Shown piece after piece: positions 46,755 to 56,279 of a stretch of 64,000 bases of DNA; the first letter of the stretch is position 1; the number at the start of each line of letters is the position of its first letter. The position numbers were made by a program, and so were the translations under genes. The notes under the pieces were generated by a model, which did not search any database, was not told the origin of the DNA, and saw nothing but the letters and a program-made list of their open reading frames with translations. The stretch comes from Faecousia sp. (GTDB taxonomy: Bacteria; Bacillota; Clostridia; Oscillospirales; Oscillospiraceae): NCBI GenBank assembly GCA_045587865.1, contig JAZNDD010000180.1, positions 6,353 through 70,352 on the forward strand, in the 5' to 3' direction.

Positions 46755-49706
46755 ATGTCAGAACCGAAACTGATTTCGCCAATGCTCGATCATTTTGCAA
46801 TGGGAGACCCCATTAGCGATCATCACGGTGTTCGCTGCTGTCCTGCAATGAAAAACGATTCGGACGACAAATACATAGTTAAAATTATTTCTATTCCATC
46901 TTCCCAGACCCAGTTGGATGCGCTGCTTTTGACCGGCGCTTATCCGGATGCTGAGTCTGCTTTGGCGTATTTTAAGACCCTGGCTGATGAAACCGTTGCG
47001 GAAGTAAAAACTCTGCAGAAACTTTCTGAACTGGAAGGCTTTGTTTCCTACGAAGACTTGCAGGTCGTTCCTATGGACGATCAGACCGGCTACGATGTTT
47101 ATTTGCTTAGTCCCTACCGTCGTACACTGACAAAGCATTTTGTACGCAATCCTATGACACACCTGGGTGCAATCAATCTGGGTCTGGACCTGTGTGCTGC
47201 GCTTGCTGTGTGTCGCCGTTCCGGCTATCTTTGTATTGACCTGAAGCCCAACAATATTTTTGTAACCACTGAGCAAAATTTCAAAATCGGTGATGTGGGT
47301 TTTGTGCGTCTGGATGGGCTGAAATATGCATCCCTGCCGGATAAATACCGCAGTGCTTATACCGCACCGGAAATCGCAGATGCATTTTCTTCTCTGAATG
47401 ACAAATTGGATGTATATGCTTTGGGTCTGATCCTGTATCAGGCATACAACAATGGCGAACTTCCCTTCACCGGCGATACCGCACCCAACGAAGTTTTTGC
47501 CGCCCCGATGTTTGCAGATTATGAAATGTCGGAAATTATTCTCAAGGCCTGTGCCCCCGACCCTGCAGACCGTTGGCAGGATCCTGTGGAAATGGGACAG
47601 GCTTTGGTGGGTTATATGCAGCGAAACGGTGCAAACGATACCCCCATTGTCCCCCCTCTACCCGTAATCAAAGATGTGGAAATCCCCGAAATTGAAACTG
47701 CTGAAGAACCGGTTGATGCAATAGAACCGGTAGAAACAGAAGAAATCGAGGAAACTTCAGAACCTGAAGTGGAAATACCTGCTCAGACGGAAGATGTACC
47801 TTCCGAGTCTGAGACCGTTTACCAGGAAGATCCGGACGGAAATCTCTCTTTCCTGGAAAGTCTCGAATCTAACGATATCGAATTAGAACAGGAAGATACC
47901 GAAATTTCCTACGAGACCCTTTCTGATGAAACTTCTCAGATTCTTGCACAGGCAGATGAACTGGCCGACCTTTCCGTTCCCGAGCCTGTGGTTGCACCGG
48001 AACCGGTTGAGATCGTCATTCCGGAGCCGGAAGTTCCCGAAGTGATCGAGCCCTCTGATGCAGATGTGGACATCACCGAAGAACCGGAAGAAGTCATTGA
48101 ATCAGAAGAAGAAACAGACGAGGATCAGGATGATTCTGTGGAAACACCCCAGCAGGAGCCTAAGGAAAAGAAGAAGTCTTCCGGCAAATGGCTTCGTGTA
48201 GTGATTCCGGTACTGATTGCCCTTGCTCTTTTGGCAGGTGGTGTTTATTACTACATCAATTACTACCTCCAGCCTATTGAATCCGTGGTCACAAGCGGTA
48301 ACGAGGATGAACTGACCGTCTATGTAAATTCCCATATTGACGAGAGCAAGCTCACCGTTATCTGTGCCGATGCATACGGCAATCAAATTCCCGCACCTGT
48401 ATCCGATGGCAAAGCCGTATTTACCAATTTGATTCCGGACACCGGATACAACATCTATGTGCAGATCGATGGTTTTCACAAGCTGACCGGACAGACATCC
48501 ACTTCTTACTCCACCCCGGTTCAAACCACCGTGGTGCAGTTCACTGCAGTAACCGGTTCTGAAGACGGCAGTGTGATTTTGAGTTTTACTGTCGATGGCA
48601 AGGATACAGAGAACTGGACGATTACCTATCGTGCTGAAGGCGAAGAAGAACAAAGCGTTTCTTTCTCAGCCCATACGGTCACATTAACAAACCTGTCTGT
48701 TGGTAAAGAATACACATTCACACTGTCTGCTGATGCAGATCTCTATCTGACAGGCATTGAGGAAATCACCTACACGGCAAGCAATCTTGTTTTTGCAGAG
48801 AATTTGCAGGTAAACAGTTGCGTAGACAACAAACTAACCGCCACCTGGTCTGCACCGGCTGATACAACCATTGACAGCTGGACCGTTCGTTGTTACAACA
48901 ATGCTGACTACAACGAGACGCTTATCACGCCGGACACCTCGGCAGTATTTGAAAATTTGGACCATACAAACGCTTTCACCGTGGAAGTTGTTGCAGCGGG
49001 TATGAGTGTCAGTCAGCGGGTCTATGTGCCTGAAAATTCCGTAACGGTCACCAACCTGAAGGCAGACAGTGTTACCGCTTCTGGAATCAACTTAAGTTGG
49101 AACACAAGTCAGGACATTCCCGAAAGTGGCTGGGTCCTGCACTATCAAGTGGAAGGAACAGATATTAAATCCACTGTTAACTGCACCAAAAATTCCGCGC
49201 AGATTTCCCCTGTAATTCCCGGTTGTGCTTACAATATTTCCCTGCAGGACAGCAGTGGAAATGTGCTCCTGGGCGGTCAAATCCATTGCGACATTCCGGA
49301 AGCAACGGATTTTACCGGCACTTATAATTCTGAGCGGGTTAACCGTTCTAATCTGAATTTCCGTATGTGTCACGCTACCAACTGGTCTAATGGCCGATAT
49401 CCCAATGCAGAGTATGCCACGACCTTCACTGCCAGCCAGGATGCTGCCTTCATCGTTCGTCTCGGCACAAGCACAACCAGCAGAAGAGCCACCTCTTCCA
49501 CATCCGTTTCCTATGTAATTCGGGATGCCAGTGGAAAGGTTATAAGCATTGCTGGTCAGTCTTACTCCTGGACACAACTGTGGAACAGTCTGGGCTACTG
49601 CAAACTGGATATCCCCAACATGCCGGATACTGCGGGTAATTACACAATCAGCATCTACTTTAACGGTATGCTGGCAAACGAACAAACCTTTACCATCACA
49701 ACATAA
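46755..49706 (+). CDS. Atypical Hanks-type Ser/Thr kinase, acidic linker, TM, FN3-like extracellular repeats
   Basis: YIVK, DLKPNN, IGDVG, TAPE, LDVYALGLILY; TM at about aa 478-500; repeated W...Y.V beta modules. Confidence 0.85.
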   Translation: MSEPKLISPMLDHFAMGDPISDHHGVRCCPAMKNDSDDKYIVKIISIPSSQTQLDALLLTGAYPDAESALAYFKTLADETVAEVKTLQKLSELEGFVSYEDLQVVPMDDQTGYDVYLLSPYRRTLTKHFVRNPMTHLGAINLGLDLCAALAVCRRSGYLCIDLKPNNIFVTTEQNFKIGDVGFVRLDGLKYASLPDKYRSAYTAPEIADAFSSLNDKLDVYALGLILYQAYNNGELPFTGDTAPNEVFAAPMFADYEMSEIILKACAPDPADRWQDPVEMGQALVGYMQRNGANDTPIVPPLPVIKDVEIPEIETAEEPVDAIEPVETEEIEETSEPEVEIPAQTEDVPSESETVYQEDPDGNLSFLESLESNDIELEQEDTEISYETLSDETSQILAQADELADLSVPEPVVAPEPVEIVIPEPEVPEVIEPSDADVDITEEPEEVIESEEETDEDQDDSVETPQQEPKEKKKSSGKWLRVVIPVLIALALLAGGVYYYINYYLQPIESVVTSGNEDELTVYVNSHIDESKLTVICADAYGNQIPAPVSDGKAVFTNLIPDTGYNIYVQIDGFHKLTGQTSTSYSTPVQTTVVQFTAVTGSEDGSVILSFTVDGKDTENWTITYRAEGEEEQSVSFSAHTVTLTNLSVGKEYTFTLSADADLYLTGIEEITYTASNLVFAENLQVNSCVDNKLTATWSAPADTTIDSWTVRCYNNADYNETLITPDTSAVFENLDHTNAFTVEVVAAGMSVSQRVYVPENSVTVTNLKADSVTASGINLSWNTSQDIPESGWVLHYQVEGTDIKSTVNCTKNSAQISPVIPGCAYNISLQDSSGNVLLGGQIHCDIPEATDFTGTYNSERVNRSNLNFRMCHATNWSNGRYPNAEYATTFTASQDAAFIVRLGTSTTSRRATSSTSVSYVIRDASGKVISIAGQSYSWTQLWNSLGYCKLDIPNMPDTAGNYTISIYFNGMLANEQTFTITT

Positions 49707-49732
49707 TGATACGCAAGGGAGGACGGTTGCGG

Positions 49733-50548
49733 ATGCGTTTTTTTAACTATGTTTCTGACAATCTATTCGTTTCCCACAACACATCAAACCGTACTCTCCC
49801 CTTTGTTCCTCATACGCATCGGTATTGGGAAATCATCCTTGTAAAATCCGGTGATATCAGTTACATTGTGGACAACAAGATTTACAAAGTCGGTAAAGAT
49901 ACATTGCTGATTACCAGACCTTCTGTGATCCATTCCATCTCTTTTAACGCCATCGAACCCTACGAACGTTATCGGATCCATTTCGATGGATCAATTATAC
50001 CGGAGGATCTTCTGGAACAAATCCCTGAAGACTTGGATGTGCTTGATCTGAAGGATAGTCCATTGACCAACAGCCTCTTTGAAAAAATGCGCTTTTACTG
50101 CGATGCATTTGATACACAATCATCGCAAGTTCTGATGCAAAACACAATTCAGGAACTCATATATCACATTCTCTACGCAGCCAAATCCCTGACGCAGATC
50201 AAGTCTATGACAAAACAGACCACGATTGCAAAAGCGACGGAATATATCAATGCGCATATTACAGATCGGCTGATTATCGACAAAGTGGCGGCCCAACTGT
50301 TTATTACAAGAAGTCACTTATATCATCTGTTTGTAAAGCATTTGAATACAACGCCAAAAAAATATATTGTTCGCAAAAAGCTGCTGCTTGCTCAGCGGGA
50401 TCTGAGAATGGGATATAAACCAATTGAAGCTTGTTCCAGATGCGGTTTTTCAGATTACTCCACCTTCTATCGGGATTACAAAAATTTCTTTGGGTATCCC
50501 CCCTCCAGCGAGAGCAAAGTTCCCCTCTACCGTTCTGTAGATCCATAA
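49733..50548 (+). CDS. AraC-family transcriptional regulator (cupin plus HTH)
   Basis: PHTHRYWEI, HLYHLF.K, CGFSDYSTFYR.YK..FG; start inferred. Confidence 0.9.
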   Translation: MRFFNYVSDNLFVSHNTSNRTLPFVPHTHRYWEIILVKSGDISYIVDNKIYKVGKDTLLITRPSVIHSISFNAIEPYERYRIHFDGSIIPEDLLEQIPEDLDVLDLKDSPLTNSLFEKMRFYCDAFDTQSSQVLMQNTIQELIYHILYAAKSLTQIKSMTKQTTIAKATEYINAHITDRLIIDKVAAQLFITRSHLYHLFVKHLNTTPKKYIVRKKLLLAQRDLRMGYKPIEACSRCGFSDYSTFYRDYKNFFGYPPSSESKVPLYRSVDP

Positions 50549-50553
50549 CAAAT

Positions 50554-50598
50554 AAAACCTCCGGCTATGGCGCAAGAACTGCCCAAGCCGGAGGTTTT
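50554..50598. terminator. Bidirectional terminator
   Basis: AAAACCTCCGGCT...AGCCGGAGGTTTT. Confidence 0.75.
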
Positions 50599-50600
50599 CA

Positions 50601-51842
50601 TTATTTTTTATCGTTTTGTGAATTTTTGCGTTTCTTTCTATTAAATTTCAATCGCTCTCGGAAAGGTGAACGCAAATCGGGAGATTGGGGCGTCAATTTT
50701 TCAGCAGGAATATCTGTTTCTCCCAGGCGATTATTTGCATAGTCCCGGAGCAAGGTATATACAACAGAAGCCACAGGAATCATCAAAAACATACCGGCAA
50801 TACCCATCAATCTGGCGCCCACTGCAACTGAAAACAGCACCCACATACCTGGCAATCCAATGGAAGATCCCACAACTCTGGGGTAAATCAGATTGTTTTC
50901 AATCTGCTGAATCACCAGGAACATTGCAATAAACCAAATTGCTTGGATCGGATCATTAACCATTATTAAAAATGCACCAACGAAACAACCAATAAAAGAG
51001 CCAACAACCGGTATAAATGCTGTCACTGCAACCAGAACGCTAACAAGAGGTATATAAGGCATACGGAAGATTGCCATTACAATGGCGAACATACTGCCTA
51101 ATATGCATACTTCAACGCACTGACCAGACAGGAAATTGGAAAAAGTAGAATTGGAAAGCCGGAAAATATGGACAATATAGTCAGCATTTTTTTCGGACAG
51201 GAAGGAATACAGAAGTCTTCTTCCCTGTCGGGCAAGGTTTTCTTTCTGATACAGAGAATACACGGCAAATACCAACGCGATCACAACATTTACAAGCGCA
51301 TTGGTAACACTTCCAATTGCAGAGACCGCACCGGCAATAATCGAAGAAAACCGATTTCCCAAAACCGAGGCTCCCTGTTGCAGGAGGCTTGCCCAATCCA
51401 GTTTCTCCATATCTGTATTATTGATGATCCACTGTTCAATATCCGGATTTTTTGCGAGGAATTCCTTAGTGTTGGTACTCATATTTCCTGCAAAATTCTG
51501 CAAAGAAGGAATTAAGGAATCAATGGTCTTTGCAAGCTGCGGGATCAGCAACAAACAGACCACAGCTAAAATCAGCAAAAATGCGACCAAGGTCAAAAGA
51601 ATTGCAAAGGTTCGGCGAAGTTTGAGCCTCTTCACACCTTTTAGTTGATTCTCAATCGCCCGCATTGGCACATTAAATACAAAAGCGATTGCCGCACCGG
51701 ATATAAAAGGCGACAACACATTTTTGATCATTTGGAAAACATTATTTGTACTACCCGTTCCCTTAAATAACCAGAGCAGAACAAACAGCACTGCAGCTGC
51801 AAGGAGCACATTTTTCAATGTCTTCTTGTTTGATTCAAGCAT
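50601..51842 (-). CDS. AI-2E (PerM/UPF0118) family transporter
   Basis: PFISG..IAF..N.P, FLSGQ, IPVVG..IG, QQIENN.I.PRVVG.SIGLP. Confidence 0.92.
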   Translation of the reverse strand: MLESNKKTLKNVLLAAAVLFVLLWLFKGTGSTNNVFQMIKNVLSPFISGAAIAFVFNVPMRAIENQLKGVKRLKLRRTFAILLTLVAFLLILAVVCLLLIPQLAKTIDSLIPSLQNFAGNMSTNTKEFLAKNPDIEQWIINNTDMEKLDWASLLQQGASVLGNRFSSIIAGAVSAIGSVTNALVNVVIALVFAVYSLYQKENLARQGRRLLYSFLSEKNADYIVHIFRLSNSTFSNFLSGQCVEVCILGSMFAIVMAIFRMPYIPLVSVLVAVTAFIPVVGSFIGCFVGAFLIMVNDPIQAIWFIAMFLVIQQIENNLIYPRVVGSSIGLPGMWVLFSVAVGARLMGIAGMFLMIPVASVVYTLLRDYANNRLGETDIPAEKLTPQSPDLRSPFRERLKFNRKKRKNSQNDKK

Positions 51843-52007
51843 AATTCAGCCTCCTCTCTAAATTGCGACTTTTTCATTATTTTACTAATGATTTGTCTAC
51901 CTGTCAAGTAAAGCATTTATTAACTCCTTTAATTTTGTGGACAGACATAATCCCCTCTCCGCCTTCATAAATTTTTCTTGGCAGCAAACAGCATCGGAGG
52001 GGAAATT

Positions 52008-52262
52008 ATGGCTGATACGATCGAGAAAAGAGCCTGCCAACTGGCTGTCTATATCATTGAAACCGGAGCAACCGTCCGGACAGCCGCACAGCATTTTGGC
52101 ATTTCTAAATCAACGGTACATAAGGATCTTTCCCAGAGACTGAAACAATACAACAAACTGCTGTATCTGCAAGCACGGCAGGTTTTAGAAAAAAACAAAG
52201 CACAGCGTCACATTCGTGGTGGTTTGGCCACACGCAGGAAATACGAACAACGAAAAAAATAA
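52008..52262 (+). CDS. spoIIID: Sporulation transcription factor SpoIIID
   Basis: IIETGATVRTAA..FGISKSTVHKDL..RL, NK..RHIRGG.AT; terminator at 52265-52292. Confidence 0.97.
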   Translation: MADTIEKRACQLAVYIIETGATVRTAAQHFGISKSTVHKDLSQRLKQYNKLLYLQARQVLEKNKAQRHIRGGLATRRKYEQRKK

Positions 52263-52298
52263 GCAATCGTCCGACCAGTCGGTCGGACGATTTTCCCA

Positions 52299-52403
52299 TT
52301 AAAGGTCGTCAGCATCCTGCACAGGTGTTTCCATTTCGTCCTCAGGACGACCGGTGTAACTGCCCTGTGGGTCAGTCTGAATGATTTTTTTCTTCTTTTC
52401 CAT
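52299..52403 (-). CDS. 34-aa hypothetical peptide MEKKKKIIQTDPQGSYTGRPEDEMETPVQDADDL
   Basis: RBS AGGAGG; promoter GAATA-N17-CAAACTA at 52424-52452. Confidence 0.75.
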   Translation of the reverse strand: MEKKKKIIQTDPQGSYTGRPEDEMETPVQDADDL

Positions 52404-52506
52404 CAGAAAGCCTCCTTTTAGGATAGTTTGGCACCATAAAACGACTTTATTCTCATTGCTTTTTTTCTGCTTTCGTGATATACTCCTCCTGACAGGAGGG
52501 TGGAAA

Positions 52507-52989
52507 ATGTTTGAAATCACACTGATTTGTATGGGTAAATTAAAGGAAACATTTTATATCAACGCGGCAAATGAGTATGAAAAAAGAATGAAGGGTTTTT
52601 GCAGTTTTCGCCTTCTGGAACTGCCGGAAGTCCGTCTTCCCGAAAATCCCACCCCCGCACAGATTTCTGCCGGTCTCGAAAAAGAGTCTGAATTGATTCT
52701 TGGAAAAATTCCAAAAGGCGCCTGGTTTTGCACATTGACACCGGAAGGAAAAATGCTGTCATCTGAACAACTTGCCGGGAAACTGAAAGACATCAAACTA
52801 TCCGGAAAAAGCAGTGCCTGTTTTTTAATTGGATCTTCTTTTGGTATCCACAAGAAAATAAAGGATCTTGCAGACTTTCAACTCTCTATGAGCCCTATGA
52901 CATTCCCCCACCATTTGGCAAGAATTATGGTTCTGGAACAGTTATACCGCGCTGAAGCAATTCAGGCAGGTACAAAATATCACAAATAA
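52507..52989 (+). CDS. rlmH: 23S rRNA m3-psi-1915 methyltransferase
   Basis: MGKLKE, EGK..SSE, FLIGSS.G, MTFPH.LAR.MVLEQLYRA..YHK. Confidence 0.96.
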   Translation: MFEITLICMGKLKETFYINAANEYEKRMKGFCSFRLLELPEVRLPENPTPAQISAGLEKESELILGKIPKGAWFCTLTPEGKMLSSEQLAGKLKDIKLSGKSSACFLIGSSFGIHKKIKDLADFQLSMSPMTFPHHLARIMVLEQLYRAEAIQAGTKYHK

Positions 52990-52990
52990 A

Positions 52991-53044
52991 AGGCGCACAT
53001 TGGCGTGATGCTCCAAACGGAGTATCTTTCCAACGTGTGCCTTT
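52991..53044. terminator. Long hairpin between convergent rlmH and rsmE
   Basis: AAGGCGCACATTGG...CCAACGTGTGCCTT with inner stem GATGCTCC/GGAGTATC. Confidence 0.7.
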
Positions 53045-53049
53045 TATTA

Positions 53050-53781
53050 TTAAAACTCTCCTGTGTGATACATTACTGCGGAAAGAGCGCAAAGTGGCGC
53101 TGTTTCACAGCGCAGGATGCGATTTCCCAAAGTGCAGATCTCCATTCCTGCTTGTCTGGCTTTCTCTACTTCAACCTTTTCCAAGCCACCTTCCGGGCCG
53201 GTGAGAAGACTGACAGAATGATATGCACCTGTTTCCAGTGCCATCCGGAGGGTTGTTGCGTGTTCATTTTCATAAAACAGAATTGCTTTATCCGCCTGTA
53301 TTGCCCGGGAAATTGCCTCATTGAAACTTCCCAGGGTAATCACCTGTGGAATATGTCCTCTACCGGACTGTTCGCTGGCGGATGCAGCAATTTTTTGCCA
53401 CCGTTCCTGTTTCTTCTGCAAACTTTTCGCATCCGGACGGGAAACGCATCGGGCAGAGGGAAATGCTACGATTTCGTATGCGCCCAATTCCGTTGCCTTC
53501 TGGATCACATGCTCCAGTTTATCCGCCTTGGGAAATGCCATATATATGCTGACATTGACAGCAGGCTCGGAGGATGATTTTTGTACGTTGCCTACCACAA
53601 GACTGATCTGTCCGGGACTTACATCACTGATCGTACAAATACACTCTCTGCCTTCCCCATCACAGACCATTACCTGCTCACCATTTTTCAGGCGCAGTAC
53701 TTTTGCGTGGGCGGCATTCTCACCGGTCAGAACCATAAAATCGCTGCTAAATTCTACCGGAGACACAAAAAATCGGGTCAT
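53050..53781 (-). CDS. rsmE: 16S rRNA m3U1498 methyltransferase
   Basis: H..VLRL, K.DKLE.VIQKATELG, ASEQSGR, GPEGG, LG.RILRCETA. Confidence 0.96.
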   Translation of the reverse strand: MTRFFVSPVEFSSDFMVLTGENAAHAKVLRLKNGEQVMVCDGEGRECICTISDVSPGQISLVVGNVQKSSSEPAVNVSIYMAFPKADKLEHVIQKATELGAYEIVAFPSARCVSRPDAKSLQKKQERWQKIAASASEQSGRGHIPQVITLGSFNEAISRAIQADKAILFYENEHATTLRMALETGAYHSVSLLTGPEGGLEKVEVEKARQAGMEICTLGNRILRCETAPLCALSAVMYHTGEF

Positions 53782-53843
53782 ATTGGTGCTCCCTTTCTCT
53801 TACATTTTTCGGGTAAATATTCCTGTATATGATCATCATTCAA

Positions 53844-53880
53844 AAAGACCTGATTTGCCAGATAGACAAATCAGGTCTTT
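53844..53880 (-). terminator. Terminator after tRNA-Leu
   Basis: AAAGACCTGATTTG/CAAATCAGGTCTTT stem. Confidence 0.75.
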
Positions 53881-53884
53881 TGCT

Positions 53885-53967
53885 TGGTGCGAGAGATGGG
53901 ACTCGAACCCACACGGCGAAACCACACGCACCTCAAACGTGCTTGTCTACCATTCCAACACTCTCGC
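53885..53967 (-). tRNA. tRNA-Leu(GAG)
   Basis: GCGAGAG acceptor stem, D-loop GGAATGGTAGAC, anticodon arm CACGT-TTGAGGT-GCGTG, long variable arm, GGTTCGAGTCC, encoded CCA; promoter TTGACA-N17-TATAAT upstream. Confidence 0.97.
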
Positions 53968-54118
53968 AAGTGCGCCTAAGTATTATAACCCCCTGTTTGC
54001 TGTTTGTCAATCACTTTTTATTTTCGTTTTAAACGGAGCCCCAGAGAGTGAACGGGGCATTTCTTGACTTTGTTCTATTTGTAGGATAAAATGAATTTAC
54101 TAACTTGAAAGGAGATGG

Positions 54119-55531
54119 ATGAAGATGAAAGAAAAGAAACCACTTTTGATTGCTGCCGCTGCAATTGTGGTTATTTTGATTGCCGCTTGTCTTATTTTCG
54201 GTAATAAGCAAAATCAGGCCGATACAGCTGCTCCTACCCTTGATCCGGTCTCTCTCTATTCACAGGCGATAGAAAACATTCAATCTTCAAAAAAGATCTC
54301 CTATTATGTTGCTACTGAACAGATTACCGCTGCAGAAGGTCAGGAATTTACCCGTGTTTCTCACCAGCGGCTGAACATTCAAAACCCCGGGGAAGAGGCA
54401 ATGCAACTGTCATTGGTAGAAGTGCAGGATTTTGGTGCACTTTCTGTTACCCTTTCGGAGTATTATAAAAACGGAAGGGGATATTTAAGTATCGGGGAAA
54501 ACGGCTTTACTTCCCCGGTTTCCGGCGATGAATTTATCCGACGCTATGCTCCGGCAGATTGCTTTGACCATACACTATATAAAGATATTCAGTATGTTAC
54601 CATTGGCGGCAACACCGTTATTTTCTTCCGTCAGCCCAGCGCTGCAGAAGATTGGTCACTTCCTTCAGATGCAGTTTTTTCCGATGCATCCGGCTATGCC
54701 ATACTCAATACAGAGGGTGTTCTAAAAGAGAGTGTTTATACGGTCTCTTATGAAATCGGCACTGCAAAAATCACCAAAAATACGAAAATTCTAATGACCG
54801 GTCGTTTTGATCTGACTTTCCCTGAAAACACTGAAGATTATATATCTATTGAGCACTTTGATGCACCAATACTTCTGGAACAAGCCTGCGGTTATCTTCT
54901 GCAGGCAGAAACCGTAAACAGTAGCGCACAAACCAACATCCACTGCCAGACATTTTCCATTCACCGCACCCAGAAATCCAGCCTCACAATGTGTGGATCA
55001 GGGAAAGATCTTTATGCTTCTGTGGATGTACAAATCGATCAGATCAACCAAAGCCGTGGTGGTGAAGCAACCCACATTCGCCAGATCGAAACTTTCAAAA
55101 ACGGAACATACAGCATTTGTGTGGATGGCACGCCGCAACCAGGAAACCAAGCCATTGACGCTTCAGCAATGCGTTCCTACTGCGGGGATATGCTGGTTGG
55201 AAACATTTTGCTTCCAAAGCACATTGCCGGTGTTACTGCAGAAGAAACAGATAGCACATTAAAATTCACTTTCCAGGCTTCAAAAGGCCTTGCAGAAGCA
55301 ATATGTTCCGATATTTGCAACACCTTATACAACGATTCGGAAGTATTGCACGCGCTTTCCTCTGATTATGAAACACAATCTATTCAGTGTTATTTGACTT
55401 TAGACAAATACACCGGGCTGCCCCTGTCCTTTTCTTCAGAATACAGTGCATCCCACACCATAGAAGAAATTTCCTATCAATTGGAAAGTAAAACAGAGCA
55501 AAGTTATCAATATGCAAAAACATCCGGGTAA
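54119..55531 (+). CDS. Membrane-anchored hypothetical protein with two similar extracellular halves
   Basis: N-terminal signal anchor; 470 aa; own promoter TTGACT-N17-TAAAAT. Confidence 0.8.
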   Translation: MKMKEKKPLLIAAAAIVVILIAACLIFGNKQNQADTAAPTLDPVSLYSQAIENIQSSKKISYYVATEQITAAEGQEFTRVSHQRLNIQNPGEEAMQLSLVEVQDFGALSVTLSEYYKNGRGYLSIGENGFTSPVSGDEFIRRYAPADCFDHTLYKDIQYVTIGGNTVIFFRQPSAAEDWSLPSDAVFSDASGYAILNTEGVLKESVYTVSYEIGTAKITKNTKILMTGRFDLTFPENTEDYISIEHFDAPILLEQACGYLLQAETVNSSAQTNIHCQTFSIHRTQKSSLTMCGSGKDLYASVDVQIDQINQSRGGEATHIRQIETFKNGTYSICVDGTPQPGNQAIDASAMRSYCGDMLVGNILLPKHIAGVTAEETDSTLKFTFQASKGLAEAICSDICNTLYNDSEVLHALSSDYETQSIQCYLTLDKYTGLPLSFSSEYSASHTIEEISYQLESKTEQSYQYAKTSG

Positions 55532-55559
55532 GGGCAGCGTAGCCCAACCCCGGGTGTTT

Positions 55560-56270
55560 TTATATTTCGCTAAGTTTTTTTGCCAGTTGCTGTGTAACCT
55601 TAGCACAGCGCTCTGCTGCAGCCGCCTCAAAGGTGGGATAGTCCATATGGGCAGAACCGTCTGCTTTATCCGATATTGCCCGAATGATTACAAAAGGCAC
55701 CTGATTTCTCCAAGCTGCGTGTGCAACTGCACAACCTTCCATTTCTGTACAGATCGCCTGGGTATCTGCAATGATCTGATCCTTATGGGATTTATCCGCA
55801 ACGAATTGGTCGCCGCTGGCAACTGTTCCAATATGGGCGTGATCCGGATACACCTGTTGTGCAGCCTCCATTGCGTAATTCACCAGTAACAGATCCGCAG
55901 GAAATGCCAGCACATCCATTCCCGGGACCTGACCAACACAGTATGCAGGATTGAGAATATGACAAGTGAAATCGTGATACATTGCATCCCGACTGATTAC
56001 AAAATCCCCAATATCCAAATCATTACACAATGAACCTGCCACACCGGTATTGACCAGATGGGTCACGCCAAACAGATCGCATAAGATCTGAACACACAAC
56101 GCAGCATTGACCTTTCCTACACCGCATTGCACCACAACCACCGGCAGATTTTCCAGTGTTCCCTGATAGAAAACCATTGATGCCTTTTGGGTAATTTCCA
56201 GATCCTGCAGTTTCTCTTTCAGGGTCTGCACCTCTACTTCCATTGCGCCGATTATACCAAGTTTTTTCAT
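55560..56270 (-). CDS. mtnN: MTA/SAH nucleosidase
   Basis: LGIIGAM..E, CGVGKVNAA, NTGVAG, SGDQFV, EME..AVA, RAISDKAD. Confidence 0.96.
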   Translation of the reverse strand: MKKLGIIGAMEVEVQTLKEKLQDLEITQKASMVFYQGTLENLPVVVVQCGVGKVNAALCVQILCDLFGVTHLVNTGVAGSLCNDLDIGDFVISRDAMYHDFTCHILNPAYCVGQVPGMDVLAFPADLLLVNYAMEAAQQVYPDHAHIGTVASGDQFVADKSHKDQIIADTQAICTEMEGCAVAHAAWRNQVPFVIIRAISDKADGSAHMDYPTFEAAAAERCAKVTQQLAKKLSEI

Positions 56271-56279
56271 ATAGACTCC

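Noticed and set aside
52960-53050. SCCmec-like insertion at the rlmH 3' end
   Set aside because: rlmH is followed directly by a hairpin and the convergent rsmE; the site is empty
53885-53967. tRNA-Leu as an island integration site
   Set aside because: No duplicated 3' end, no integrase and no compositional shift nearby
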